NCBI GenBank assembly: GCA_029953675.1
Contig: JAMWBK010000008.1
Span: 1,612,001 to 1,676,000 of the forward strand
From: Rhodosorus marinus CCMP1338
Lineage: Eukaryota; Plantae; Rhodophyta
DNA length: 64,000 nucleotides
Reading direction: 5' to 3'
The notes under the pieces are model-generated. The model searched no databases, was not told the origin of the DNA, and saw nothing but the letters and a program-made list of their open reading frames with translations. Below, in pieces: positions 36,218 through 47,898 of the stretch (positions are counted from its first letter, which is position 1; every line of letters begins with the position of its first letter). The translations under genes and the position numbers were made by a program.

Positions 36218-37495
36218 TTTTACTGGACTTTACTGGACTTTACTAGCATAGCCTGAAGCGCTACGCAAGGCGTGAAGATGAACTAATAACTAGGGAGGGA
36301 AGTATGCAACCCCAGGCGCCGATGGCGCGCCTCGGACAGCATGTCGCTGGAATATCGCCAAAGGGAGACACTTAAACGCCTCAAGAGCGCCAAATATTCA
36401 GTAGGATGCTCAGCAAAACATTTCCGCAACCACTCTAAACCCGACTTATCGACGTGACCAAAGCTTTCCACAATGAATGGCTGGAACCGGTGAGAGCGAC
36501 CCTCAGCGCAAGGCAGACTGGCCATGCTCTCAGCATACCGTCGTTCCTTAACTCTTCGAAGGGCTGAAGCCGCGGCCCCCCGGCGGCGGGCGGCTGCGGT
36601 GAGGTGGGCGCTGGCCACGGGGCAGGTAATCGCAAGGTCCACATATGTTGAGCGTCTGGCAGCAGCGTCAGAGACGAGGAGATCGGCTATACAACGGGGC
36701 GGTGCAGAGTCCGAGATGGATCTGGGCAGTTCCGACTCAACCTCAACCGTATGCCCTATTCGAGTCAAAAATTCGCTGAGGATGTACTTGAGGCGAGTGT
36801 GACGCCTCGTACGGAGACCTCGCAACAGTCCGCAGGAACCCAGGAAGTGGTAGCCACAAGCGTCAATCCGGCTCTCACATCCCTGACAGAAAGACGGCCG
36901 ATTAGAGTGCCACGGAGCCTGTGGCAAACCGAGATAGATCCGTGCGGCAGAACGGAACTGGAAAGCATCGAGACGATGACTCAATGACGACGGTAGAGTG
37001 GTTAACCACAAGTGCGAGAGGTGGCCTCCCATGCCGCGGAGACGAGCGGCAGTGGTAGGCGGCGTGAGAGGAGAATTGAGCATGACTGTGTGAGCGGCAC
37101 TGTGTTGGCCCCAGGTGAGGCTATGTTGAATCACATCAGTGCGGGAGCTCCACAATCGGCTCAAACCCGGGTAGTCTGCAACAGGGGACCCGGGGCTAGC
37201 CTCTCCGTCGTCGGCAAGAACTCGGTCGAGGGGACAATCCTCAATCGCTTCAGCTCGTCCCCATAACAGCTCCCTCCAGGAACGAAAGCGGGACCGATTT
37301 GCGTCCGGCACGGCGTTGCACCTCCTGAACGCGTGTTGAAGACCATCATAAATTGTCAAAAGCGGGGGCGGCAGGCTCACTGGATCCTCGTTGGTCAAAG
37401 CTCGAGCCAAGAGGCAGGCACTTCGCATCTGGAAGGTCACCAACGTTCGCAGCGCGGTAGCCCAGGAGGCAACCGCCGCTGGCGAGCATACCAGC
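36218..37495 (-). mobile_element. CRE-like subfamily A, 5'-truncated copy c3 with open 386-aa C-terminal ORF (CCHC knuckle + restriction-like endonuclease)
   Basis: CQGCESRIDACGYHFLGSC, RHTRL, ADLL...YVDLAIT, KERRY and FQPFIVESFG are typical of early-branching RLE non-LTR elements. The CRE clade assignment is my best match. Confidence 0.8.
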
Positions 37496-37516
37496 CCACG
37501 GTCTGCGACGCCGAGA

Positions 37517-37592
37517 CTTTACTAGCACAGCCTAATGCGATGCGCAAAACGTAAAGGGAAACTAGGGGTTTGGCGCGCATCGGCGAGCATTG
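37517..37592 (-). mobile_element. CRE-like subfamily A, extreme 3' fragment c4, head-to-tail with c3
   Basis: ctttactagcacagcctaatgcg...ggcgcgcatcggcgagcat. Confidence 0.7.
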
Positions 37593-37879
37593 GGTTGTTG
37601 GAGGACATTGTACGTAATTGTTGCTGGAGCTTGCCGGATCGAGGCCTCTCCGAAAGCTCGTTTTTTTCTTTACCTTTCTCCTTTCATGGAAGCGGGAGCG
37701 ACGTTGTTAGAGGGCGTTTGCGCAGGCAATCCCGAGCCTGTACGCTTAGGGAATGGGGGATTGCGGTTCGAGGAGGGGAATTCGGTGACTGGGTATTCAA
37801 TTCTTCTGGTTTCCTTCAGCTTCAGCAAAGCGAAATGAAAATTCCTTTGCGTGAGTGATTGAACGCAAGGATCGTTGAG

Positions 37880-37887
37880 TATAAATA
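37880..37887 (+). promoter_or_regulatory. Putative TATA box (TATAAATA), copy I
   Basis: Conserved in both duplicate copies (also 62309..62316), upstream of the SP-repeat gene. Confidence 0.5.
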
Positions 37888-37956
37888 TGACTCCGTATCC
37901 CGAGTCGCAGTCCGGGCTATCAGCCTGGTGACGACTTTGTTGGTTGCAGGGTTCCC

Positions 37957-39786
37957 TTGGTCTGCGAGGACGCTGACGCCCCAACACCGACCCCAACCCC
38001 AACACCCTCAATGGAGTCGCCATGCCAGAACTATGCGGACGAGTTTTCCAGTGTCGTGGTTGGAAACGAAGAGAACAGGACGTGCTTCCAGCTTCGCGCC
38101 AATGGAGCTGCAGATGGTGTCCGAGTTGGAACCTTGTGCCTGAGTGTAAAACCGGCTGGCGAGAAAACTTGCGTCGTGTTTTACTTTATCGCGTCCGCCC
38201 CGTACGTGTTCAAGGGCGCGAAGGCAGGATTAGCGAATGATTGTGCCGATGAAAACGAGCAACCCTTCCAGGTAGTGAAGACAGGACCATTCACGTCCAC
38301 AAAAGTATACGTGTGCCTGAACAAGCTTAGCTCGCCGCCCGGAGTTGATAATGAAGGGTGCTGCAATGAGGAAATTTGTATGTTCTCACAAGTAACGGCT
38401 ATGGACTCGAGCTCGTCTCCTCCAAAGAAGATTACTGCTTCTCCCAAGGACGCAGGGAAGGGTTGCGAGGAGTCAGATAACGGTGCCGACACTCAATGCA
38501 ATGTACCCTTGATTTGCACGAATCCGACGCCGACACCATCGCCGACGCCATCTCCGACACCATCGCCGACACCAACGCCAACGCCATCGCCGACGCCATC
38601 GCCGACACCATCGCCGACACCATCACCGACACCATCGCCGACACCATCGCCGACACCATCGCCGACGCCATCGCCGACACCATCACCGACACCATCACCG
38701 ACACCATCACCGACACCATCACCGACACCATCGCCGACGCCATCACCGACACCATCACCGACACCATCGCCGACACCATCGCCGACACCATCGCCGACAC
38801 CATCGCCGACGCCATCACCGACACCATCGCCGACGCCATCACCGACACCATCGCCGACGCCATCACCGACACCATCACCGACACCATCACCGACACCATC
38901 ACCGACACCATCGCCGACGCCATCGCCGACGCCATCACCGACACCATCACCGACACCATCACCGACACCATCACCGACACCAACGCCAACGCCATCGCCG
39001 ACACCATCGCCGACACCGTCGCCGACACCGTCGCCGACACCGTCATCGCCGACACCATCTGCACCACCAACCCCACCGTGTGATGCGACCGATGTGGATT
39101 ACTGCTTTTCGTTTGACTTCTCAAGCTCAATCTGGGATCCGGTCAACGGTCTGAACGGTGGGGGGAGCACGGAGAAGTTTGAGTCGCAGAAGGAATTGGT
39201 GCTGGGAGTCATGGACAGACTCGCCACTCAGGACGTCAGTAACCTTAACCGGTACGGATTTGTGATATTCGGAGGAAGTTCAGGAGGAAGCAACGAGAAC
39301 AACGATACAGTCCCAAACCTGTCCCAGAAGATTGTAGATCCGTTAACAAATTATGCTACTGTTAGGACGGCGGTAGAGGCGTTGCAGTCTCCGTCTTTGG
39401 TGCCTCAGAGTCAGATCCCGGCTCAGAACACGAACATTGAGAAGGGTCTACGTTTCTGCGAGGAAATCCTGAACAGCAACGGCAACCAAAGAACGAGGGT
39501 TCTGATTCTGACGAGCGATGGGAGAGCGACCAGAGGTAACGGTGCTGGTGATACCGACACCAACGCTGCTAATAACGACCTTGTCGCACAGGCGCTGGCA
39601 ATCCAGAACAGTGGAATCATCATCCTAACTGCCGGGACAACTGAAACGATCGACGCTCCGTACTTGCCAGTGTTCGATGCTCTGGCATCATCTGGAGAAG
39701 CGATCGTGACGGAAAAACAAGAAGATTTCGAATTGCTGATTGAGGACATCGTTGAGGCCGTCTGCGGGGAATTGGTGGAGCCCTAA
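37957..39786 (+). CDS. Cys-rich domain + (SPTP)n extensin-like stalk + von Willebrand A domain protein; N-terminally truncated paralog (first ATG 38011)
   Basis: MIDAS elements DFSSS, TNIEKGL and ILTSDG; ~45 12-bp repeat units. Comparison with the 62469 copy shows loss of the ATG, signal peptide and first Cys-rich domain. Confidence 0.8.
   Translation: MVCEDADAPTPTPTPTPSMESPCQNYADEFSSVVVGNEENRTCFQLRANGAADGVRVGTLCLSVKPAGEKTCVVFYFIASAPYVFKGAKAGLANDCADENEQPFQVVKTGPFTSTKVYVCLNKLSSPPGVDNEGCCNEEICMFSQVTAMDSSSSPPKKITASPKDAGKGCEESDNGADTQCNVPLICTNPTPTPSPTPSPTPSPTPTPTPSPTPSPTPSPTPSPTPSPTPSPTPSPTPSPTPSPTPSPTPSPTPSPTPSPTPSPTPSPTPSPTPSPTPSPTPSPTPSPTPSPTPSPTPSPTPSPTPSPTPSPTPSPTPSPTPSPTPSPTPSPTPSPTPSPTPTPTPSPTPSPTPSPTPSPTPSSPTPSAPPTPPCDATDVDYCFSFDFSSSIWDPVNGLNGGGSTEKFESQKELVLGVMDRLATQDVSNLNRYGFVIFGGSSGGSNENNDTVPNLSQKIVDPLTNYATVRTAVEALQSPSLVPQSQIPAQNTNIEKGLRFCEEILNSNGNQRTRVLILTSDGRATRGNGAGDTDTNAANNDLVAQALAIQNSGIIILTAGTTETIDAPYLPVFDALASSGEAIVTEKQEDFELLIEDIVEAVCGELVEP
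38525..39060 (+). repeat. 12-bp coding minisatellite TC[G/A]CCGAC[A/G]CCA (Ser-Pro-Thr-Pro)
   Basis: Seen directly. Confidence 0.95.
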
Positions 39787-39892
39787 ACACTAAATCTTGA
39801 AGTACAATAGTTGAAGGTTATTTATTGCTTGCTGGATTGATAGGCATAAATTAAACTTCATTCAAATTAATAGCAGTGAATTGGCTTTATGG

Positions 39893-40110
39893 TGGTTTTA
39901 CTGGCTTTATTAGCAGTGGTTTCACTAACATGGACTTCACTAACATAGCCTGAAGCGCTATGCAAAACATAGGAGGAAACTCGGGACTACGAAGAAGAGC
40001 ATGTACTCGCCCAGGCGACGGTGGCGCGCCTCGGCGAGCATGTTGCTAGAATACCGCCAGGGTGCAATACTTAAACGGCGGAGGAGCACCAGATATTCTT
40101 CAGGATGTTC
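39893..40110 (-). mobile_element. CRE-like subfamily A, 3' fragment c5 with expanded tail
   Basis: ggtggttttactggctttattagcagtggtttcactaacatggacttcactaacatagcctgaagcgc...ggcgcgcctcggcgagcatg. Confidence 0.75.
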
Positions 40111-40144
40111 GTAAGTGCTTTACTACGAAGTAAAGCACTTACGT

Positions 40145-41460
40145 AGTGTGCTGAGGTGCCTTCATGGCATGAAGACACCTCAGCACACTCATCCAGCGAA
40201 ACATAGACCTCGGAATACTTCAGGCCATAGGACATAGCGGACTCAGCACAGGCAGCATGAAACTGAACCTACAAAGTGCATGAGCCATGCGAGGAATACT
40301 CAGCATACACCTCAGCCTGATACTCGGAACACTAAGTCTACTGAAACGAATCAAGAAACAACCAAACTCCAAAGCCTCACAATATCAATCCAGTTGACAA
40401 TACTAGCCGGACATCAACTCCAGCTACTCTAAATCAGTAGGGAAGAGACTCAACAACCAAGAGACCACAAAGCTAAAAAGATGAAGAGCAAGACCATGAG
40501 AAGCCAGCCAGATCAAGAACCAGAGCACGAAGGTATAGACCTAATCGGACAGGAACACAGTCTGTAACGCTGTGAATACTGGAAACTAACCCTCCAGCTC
40601 AGTAAGTTCAGCTCATGCCTGTACCTGAAAGCAACCAGACTATACAAAACAGCCAGGACTGCACTCAAAGACAAATCAGAAGCCACAAATAGCAATAAAA
40701 CACCGAACCTAGTAGTGGACACAACACAGGATAAGCTCAATCAAGGCATCTCAGAGACAAGAATCAGCAAAGACCAGCCACTCCGATCAATACCAAATAC
40801 AGTATAGGGAAGCCTACTCAAAAAGGTACAGAGACCTGCTCAATCCGACAACAGCACCTATAGCCCGTTAGCCATCTACGAAACAAGATCTAAACCAGTC
40901 AAACCAGCAGAACAAGCACCAGAAGAAGCCATGAAAAACCTGAAAACAAGCCTGGGAACCCTCCGACCCCTCAAAGCTCTAAACAAATGTCCTAGCGGAA
41001 ACATTTCAGACCCCTCAGCAGGATCCTTGTGCTGAGACAGCCCCCAAATTACAATAACCTAAAAGAGATACCAAGCAGCCCACCACTCTAGAAATGCCAC
41101 CTATTGTAACCTCCTAGGGACGAATTAAAAAGAGTCAATTACAGTGAAAGCTATATAACCCCCTGAAATACTCAAACTAGCAAACAAGGAAGCCACAAAG
41201 TCAACCAAGCAGCCTACCCCCCAGCCCTCCTCTTCCTCATCAACAACGATCTGGATCAGGAGGGCTTTTGCGCGACTTAGAACAAGAAATACAAAACAGT
41301 TTCAAATCTGACCAGTAGGGAACCAGTACTAAATAACACCTCTCATAGGTCCTAAACCCCCAAGTCTTCTCAATCGGCCACTATCTCTAGTACGGCTACC
41401 CTATAGAGGGCGATCCCCCTAATACTAGCTCCCCGAGCAACCTTTGAAAGCCTAGAACTA
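40145..41460 (+). mobile_element. Possible highly decayed copia RT/RNase H relic, A/C-rich
   Basis: Only weak motif echoes: DINSSY, SSCLYLK, PDNSTY, EAMKNLKTSLGT; no intact ORF. Confidence 0.3.
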
Positions 41461-42357
41461 GCCAAAAGAACCTCACCAGACACCTCATTAGCCTCCCACC
41501 CTCCTCGTCAATCCAATCTCACAAGCAGCCTGCATACCCTCCGCAACCCCAAAACAGCCTCTGCAGGGTACTTTAACACCATTTTGCCCCCTTTTCACCC
41601 TTTTTGGACTAAATCTAGTAGGGAACAAGGAGTCAAAATCAAGGACATGCAAGAAGTACCCAATACTCCGAGACAACGCCAAAACGGCATATATATGAAG
41701 CCCAAACTTCAAAGAAAACCATCAACCAGCCCACCTTGCGAAGCAAACTCTCAAGCGGCTACCCACGCTCAGCCCCGGATGGCACCCCTCAAAGCTCGAC
41801 AGAGTCTCAGCGAAGCGAATCCTGCACCAGCTACCTTCAAATCAGGCAATATCGCATTGATACCCGAAAAACGGCCTCTGCAAGGGTACCTACCGAGGTA
41901 AGGTCATTTTGCCCCTTTTTGCCCTTTTCGGACTAAATCTAGTAGGGAACATTACCGCAAGACACTGAAATGCCGAAAAGTCCAGATATACAGAAAAACT
42001 GCATAAAAGCCCTAAAAACTAGCCATTACACACAACCAGCCCAATACCACCCCACCAGCCACAAGACTGAGCTCCAGAGAGCGAAATGGACACTGAGTTC
42101 GACACTTAGAGATAGATTGCGTTGTGCGCCGCGCCGATTTTCGCTGAAGCCCCAAGAAACGTCCTCTGCCGGGTAACCCCAGGTCACGTAATTTTCCTCA
42201 AATATGCCACTTTTTCCCTATAATTTATTAGCGAACAGAAGCACAAAACCACTGAATGCACGTTTTTACCTACCCTCACCGGCCATCTAGTATCGCCCAC
42301 CTATCCTATTGAAAAAGAGTTGAAAACTCTTGGGAGCCCTGTCTTCCCTGGGCATTC

Positions 42358-42564
42358 GTGCTTCGGCACGTAGCTCATCTGTTGGTAGCTCTGGTCATCC
42401 TGAGTGCTTTTGGGTTTATGGATTCCGTTGGTTCTCGTTGGCTTCGGGAATTGTTCCGCGGACGCCATGACCCTCTATCCTCGTTGTTTACCCGTTTAAG
42501 TTTCTTTTTGTCCCGTATAAACGGTGCTTTGATGTTGGAGGCGCGAGATCTTGGCCGCGCTTAG
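42358..42564 (+). mobile_element. RLE non-LTR 3' fragment, divergent subfamily C (short related piece at ~55900-55950, minus)
   Basis: ILSAFGFMDSVGSRWLRELF...LFTRLSFFLSRING is homologous to FGLVDRVGSRWLRGLF of subfamily B. Confidence 0.6.
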
Positions 42565-42569
42565 TCTTT

Positions 42570-42900
42570 TTTGTCCCCTCGGGGTTTTTTCTTTCAGCCT
42601 CCGATTAAACCAATTCATTCATTGAAGAAACAAACAAACAAACAAACAAAAATACGTATCGGCAAAAAAAAAGAAGAGGAGGAGCCCACCACCCACCACT
42701 CAACGAGAAGGGTCCCAGCCCGCCGGAAGGTCCCGAGTTGTGAAAGTAACTGCACTGTGAAGGTGCGTCCCTGTCGATGGGCTTGGCTTGCAACGATCTC
42801 TGAATTTCTTTGAAAAGAGGAGACAGAGCCAATTTGGCCGTTAACTCTAAGTATCTAAAAACGACAAAAGTGGGTTTAACTTTTTACTCGCAGAGGGCTC
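42570..42900 (+). repeat. Third copy of the dispersed repeat found at ~32840-33130 and ~56870-57140
   Basis: ggagcccaccacccaccactcaacgagaagggtc and flanks are shared. Confidence 0.7.
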
Positions 42901-43261
42901 TCGGTAGAGCACCCGAGGAACATTGTGTGTGTGTGTGGAAAAGATCTCAAGTGCGACTGCATCCGATCGCCCCGAGATCTCACAATCTCGGAACGGACCT
43001 TGCATTTCGACCGGACCTGCTTCACTCTCCGTCCACGCTCCTCTACAAGCACAGTCACTTGGCGGAAGGAGTTCCACTCCGCACCCCTCTTCCTCCCCAA
43101 TCCTCTCAAACCCCTTCGACAACGAGCCTAGAAAAGCGACTGTACCCTAGCTAGCAATAGCTCCGAAGGTTTTCCATCCCCCCTCTTCACGCAGCCGAAG
43201 CAATCGATGACCCATCGCCAACAACCTCAAACCGAGGGGAACATTGATCGATTGATGATCC

Positions 43262-44745
43262 GTTTATTCAGAGCGTAACTACCGCGAGAAGCGAGAAACA
43301 AGAAGCTGATGACGCGCGTCCAACAACTAAGCAGCGTCACAAGGTCAAGGACAGCTCCGTGAGGAGGCTATCAAGGCGACCTGGGTTGGTCCGAAAAAAA
43401 AAAAAAGCCCACGAAGCCAACGGGAACCTACTCTGTCAACTAAACCAAAGCACTCGATGATCAGTGGAACAAATCGATAGGACAATGCCGAATCGCGAAG
43501 CTCAGAGTCTAACATAGCCGCAGCGTACTGGGATTCCTTCAGTTGCCGCATTGACCGAGCTGAAGCGCCTCGGCGTCGAGCAGACGCTGGAAGGTATCTG
43601 GTAGCCTGAGGACCCTTGTCCTTGATAGAAAGGTCGATGTACTCACTCCGACGAGCACTCAGATCAGTGACCACTAGGTCCGCCACCCGTTGGACCACAG
43701 GGGCATCAGCCTCATCAGTTTTTACCGTTGCTACCGGCAGGGGGACCTCATACTCCCCCTCCCGGTCCGGGCCAGCACGTGAGAACGAAGATAGTGGAAC
43801 ATCAAGCGGTTCAGCCGCGTGTGGCGTGGAGTCGAGGCCCCTTGGACTGCGGACAAGATGCGAACAAGAGCTCACCAAAATCACCGCAGGGCACCGAGCC
43901 GCCGCGCAGGTTACATCTCGAATTCCTGTCCGCAGGCCATGGCGGTTGTGGCAACCCAAGGTACAAGCGCAAGCTCGTACGCAGCTCGAAATCTGTCGTC
44001 ACCAACCGCGGGTAGTCAAGAATGACCGTAAAGAAGTGAGAGCTCAGACTACCCCCCAAACCACGGAGGCGAGTCACGGTCGAAGGCGGAGAGGAAGGCG
44101 AACTCAGAAGGGTGGCGTACGAGTCCCGATGTATGTCCCAAGAGAGGGGTTTTTGTAATACATCAGTCCTCTAACGGGCCCGACCCGACCGGGTAACACA
44201 CTCCTCAGGCGGCCTCGACGGCACTGCGACAACGTCCATTTCAGCATCATCTTCAGCGCAAATGAGTTCACCGCCCTCTGGTTCCAGGTGTTCACCACTT
44301 CCGAGACACGGCTCGGCTGCAGACCTCCCCGAACGAGGCCCGCCAAAAGAGTCAAGAACTGCCCGCCGGGACCCGTAACGGGGCTGTGTACCGTCGGCAG
44401 GGCAATACACTGCTGAAACGCAGCCTCCAATTCTGCAAAAACACCTCCGAGCCTCAGGCGAGAGTCACGTCCAATCTCCCCACGCGAAGGCCTCGCAGCA
44501 AGCCAAGCACGTCTGGATTGTTCTCTCTAGGCCATGTAGTCAGCGCATTGGCCCAAGGGATCACCACGGCCGCCGGTTGGATCGCCGCACAAGTCCCCAA
44601 GGCCAGCCCGCCCAATCGCACGGGCAAGGCCAGCTGACGGTGAAGGACAGCCTGTTCTTCCTCCCCAAACGTAGAGAGCTCCGATTTCAACAATGTGCTG
44701 AAAACAGCCCTCGAACGCTGATCAGCGCGAAGGACTAGCCAAGCT
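43262..44745 (-). mobile_element. CRE-like subfamily B, 5'-truncated, frameshifted (post-RT region + knuckle + RLE)
   Basis: QLALPVRLGGLAL, RLRGLGGSLSSHF...LRLYLGLPQ, ADLVVTDL...YIDLSI, KESQY, FVPLIIECFG; the 3' end reads ...GCTCTGAATAAAC. Confidence 0.75.
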
Positions 44746-44749
44746 AGAA

Positions 44750-46900
44750 TATGGCCACAGGGCGACACTGAAACGGCGTAAGAGTTCCAAGAATTCCATG
44801 GGATACTCAGCAAAACATTTCCCCCACCTCTCCAAACCCGACTTATCCACGTGGCCGAAGGTTTCCACAACGAAAGGCTGAAACCCGGCAGACTGGCCGT
44901 ACTCTCAGCATACCGTCGTTCTTTCACTCGGCGAAGGGCCGAAGCCGCTGCTTCTCGGCGAAGGGCGGCAGAGCTGAGATGAGCGCTTGCGACAGGGCAT
45001 GTGATCGAAAGGTCCAAACATGCTGAGCGCCTGGCGGCAGTGTCGGAGACGAGGAGATCTGCCATGCAAGCGAGGCGGTGCGGTGTCCGAGACCGATCTG
45101 AGCAGTTCCGATTCCACCTCAACCGTATGCCCTACTCGAGTCAAAGATTCGCTGAGAATGTGCTTGAGGCGAGTGTGACGCCTTGTATGAAGACCTCTCA
45201 ACAGTCCGCATGAACCTAAAAAGTGGTAGCCACACGCGTCAATCCGACTCTCACATCCCTGACAGAATGACGGCCGATTAGAGTGCCACGGAGCTTGTGG
45301 GAAACCTAGGTAGATCTTTGCGGCAGTGCGGAACTGGAATGCGTCGAGACGGTGTCCCAGTGACGAAGGCAAAGTGGTTAACCACACGTGCGATAGATGG
45401 CCTTCCAGGCCGCGGAGGCGAGCGGCGGTGATAGGTGGTGTGGAGGGGGAGTTGAGCAAGATTGCGTGAGCTCCACTGTGTTGGCCCCAGGTAAGGCTAT
45501 CTGAATCACATCAGTGCGTGAGCTCCGCAATCGGCTCATACCCGGGTGATTTGGAACAGGTGACCCGGGGTTGGTTTCCGCCCTCGTCCGCGAGGACTTT
45601 GTCGATGGGAGAGCCCTCAATCGCCTCAGCACGTCCCCATAACAGCTCCCTCCAGGAGCGAAAACTGGATCGATGCTTGTCCGGTACGGCGTTGCACCTA
45701 CTGAACCCCTGCGAACTCGCAGCCAAACCAGAGGAACGAATCGTCTTTCTCCCCCTTAGACCCGGGAGAGTCGGTCCTAACACGCTTGCTGCATAGTCGC
45801 CCTGCAGGTGTCGGACGTCCGCGGTAGACTCGCGGTATGTTGACCTCGGGATTCGACGAATCCAGCGGGAGTCTCTCAAAAGACATGCCCTCCGGCGCTC
45901 CAGTGTCGCCACTCTCACTGGAACTGGTGCTAGGGGCAGACTCCTCCAACACCCCCAGCCGCCTTAGCTCTGGCTTGTAGCGCGAGGTTAGCACGAGGCG
46001 CCTCCCCCGAAGGACGGCCGTACGCACGTGACGCGGGCCTGACCCGAACCGCTCCAACAAAATCCTCTCGATACGGTGAATGCGAAGCCAATGGATGGCT
46101 GCCGCCTTCACGCTGCTCTCCAGCTCGGAGAGCCCGTCAGTCTGCCCCGGGGACAGAAATTGCCCCGAGAAGCGGTCGAACGCGAAATGCAGGGTGACCT
46201 GTGGGTGCGCATGCGATCAGCGGGCGCTCTCAGGCCATGTCCGTGGGCTTGCCCAGTAAGGCATGGAGTAAAGTTGCCGCGTTCGCTGAGACGAGGAAAA
46301 GGACATCCCGACCCTCGTAGTTGGCAAAAATAAAGTCTTCTCGACTGCAGCCCAAGGATTCCGCAAAGATGTTCCGGAAATCGCGCATGTTCGGAACCTG
46401 GCCATGGGTTGCCTGCGGCCGAACGTTCCGCACCCAGAAAAGCTGCAAAGCCGTTTCTGTAGGACCACCCTGAGGCTCTTGTGGTGGTAAGAAACGTACC
46501 ATAGCTGCCGTACGGGCGGCAGTGGTGCCTTTCCGCAGCACCGAGATGTACGAAGGCCCCGCCGTGTGGCGACCACCCGCACCCGCCTGGGCCGGAAGCT
46601 GTTGACCCACGGAGGGCTTGCCGAGGAGCGGAAATTCCGCGCCAGAGGATTGGACTGCTAAGGATGCCGAAACAGCTTCACGCGCCGTCCAAACAGATTC
46701 CCTCAGATTGACCACAGCTGTTTCCTCCAGTCCCCTAGCGAGGAGGCTCGTTTTGGACCCGCTTTCCGCTCCCCGACCTCGCACTGTCCCAAGCGGGCGT
46801 AGCAGTTCCCGCCTATCCCGGGGCAGGTTCATTTTGACTGTCATCCCGATGTTGACTGCCTGGGGCAACCGTTGCCGCACTTCTCGAATTTAAAGTTCCA
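44750..46900 (-). mobile_element. CRE-like subfamily A, copy c6: N-terminal region fused to RLE region, RT absent, 3' tail lost
   Basis: 44750-45700 aligns with c3 (frameshifted); 45700-46880 is an unrelated N-terminal-like reading frame; no RT motifs lie between them. Confidence 0.6.
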
Positions 46901-47485
46901 CCCAAATTTAAAATTTCCCCCGACATCAGCCCGATTCCAGACAAGCGGGCCGCTGGGTTAGCTGGGGTAGGACACCTAGATCATGGCTGGGGGTGATCGA
47001 GGTCACCCCCTAGATCACCCCCAGCGGTGACGAGCTTGTAACTGCGGAGAGAAGGGTACACACTTGCGTGCCCGAAGCACCCTGCAACTCCACCTGCGTG
47101 GATGAAAGGGCCCGAGCTGAAGCAAAAGTGCTGTCCACCCCCTATGGACACCTCTTCACGGGGAGCCACGCTCCCGAGGGAGCGGGGCGCGGAGAGACCC
47201 CGACCATCACGAGAGGATGTGATGAACAGGATTTTCACCACCGAACACCGACCAAAAAAAAACCCGCAACCCAACGCCACAGGACAGAAAACACCTTAGC
47301 GAACCCACCCAGAAGCTAGAATGCCACTGCAACAAACCACAAAAGCTGGGGGAAGGGCTGCCAGAGGAAGCGCTTCCTACGAAGAGCACTCTCAAACCCG
47401 AGTGCGACTCAAGACGCAACCGAAAAACAACTTAACCCCCCCACTTTCATTCACTTAAGGTATTCTGCTAACATAGAAACGTGCT

Positions 47486-47898
47486 TTTTACTGGGCTTTA
47501 CTAGCATAGCCTGAAGCGCTACGCAAGGCGTGAAAAGGAACTAAGAACTAGGGAGGGAAGCGTGCAAACCCAGGCGCCGATGGCGCGCCTTGGCAGGCAT
47601 GCTGCTAGAATAACGCCACAGGGCGGCACTCAAACGCCGTAAAAGCGCCAAGTACTCAGTAGGATGCTCAGCGAAACATTTCCGCAACCACTCTAAACCC
47701 GACTTATCCACATGGCTAAAGCTTTCCACAATGAAAGGCTGGAACCGGTGGGAGCGACCCTCGGAGTAGGACAGACTGGCTATGCTCTCAGCATACCGTC
47801 GTTCCTTCACTCGTCGAAGAGCCGAAGCGGCTGCCAGTCGGCGGCGGGCGGCAGCAGTGAGGTGGGCGCTCGCCACAGGGCATGTAATCGCGAGGTCA
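47486..47898 (-). mobile_element. CRE-like subfamily A, 3' fragment c7
   Basis: ORF 47541..47876 is nearly identical to the c3 C-terminus; tail tttttactgggctttactagc. Confidence 0.85.

Larger units (their letters stand above)
29100..39100 (+). repeat. Segmental duplication, copy I (paired with ~51000..>64000)
   Basis: Collinear diverged blocks: 29270~52070, 30800~53370, 31600~54250, 32500~55207, 32800~56850, 33700~57330, 34575~57845, 35450~61120, 35930~61770, 37600~62040, 37940~63030. Confidence 0.85.

Noticed and set aside
38432-39130. MVSA/ADTI-repeat ORFs (also 63604..63990)
   Set aside because: Alternative-frame and antisense shadows of the 12-bp SPTP repeat.
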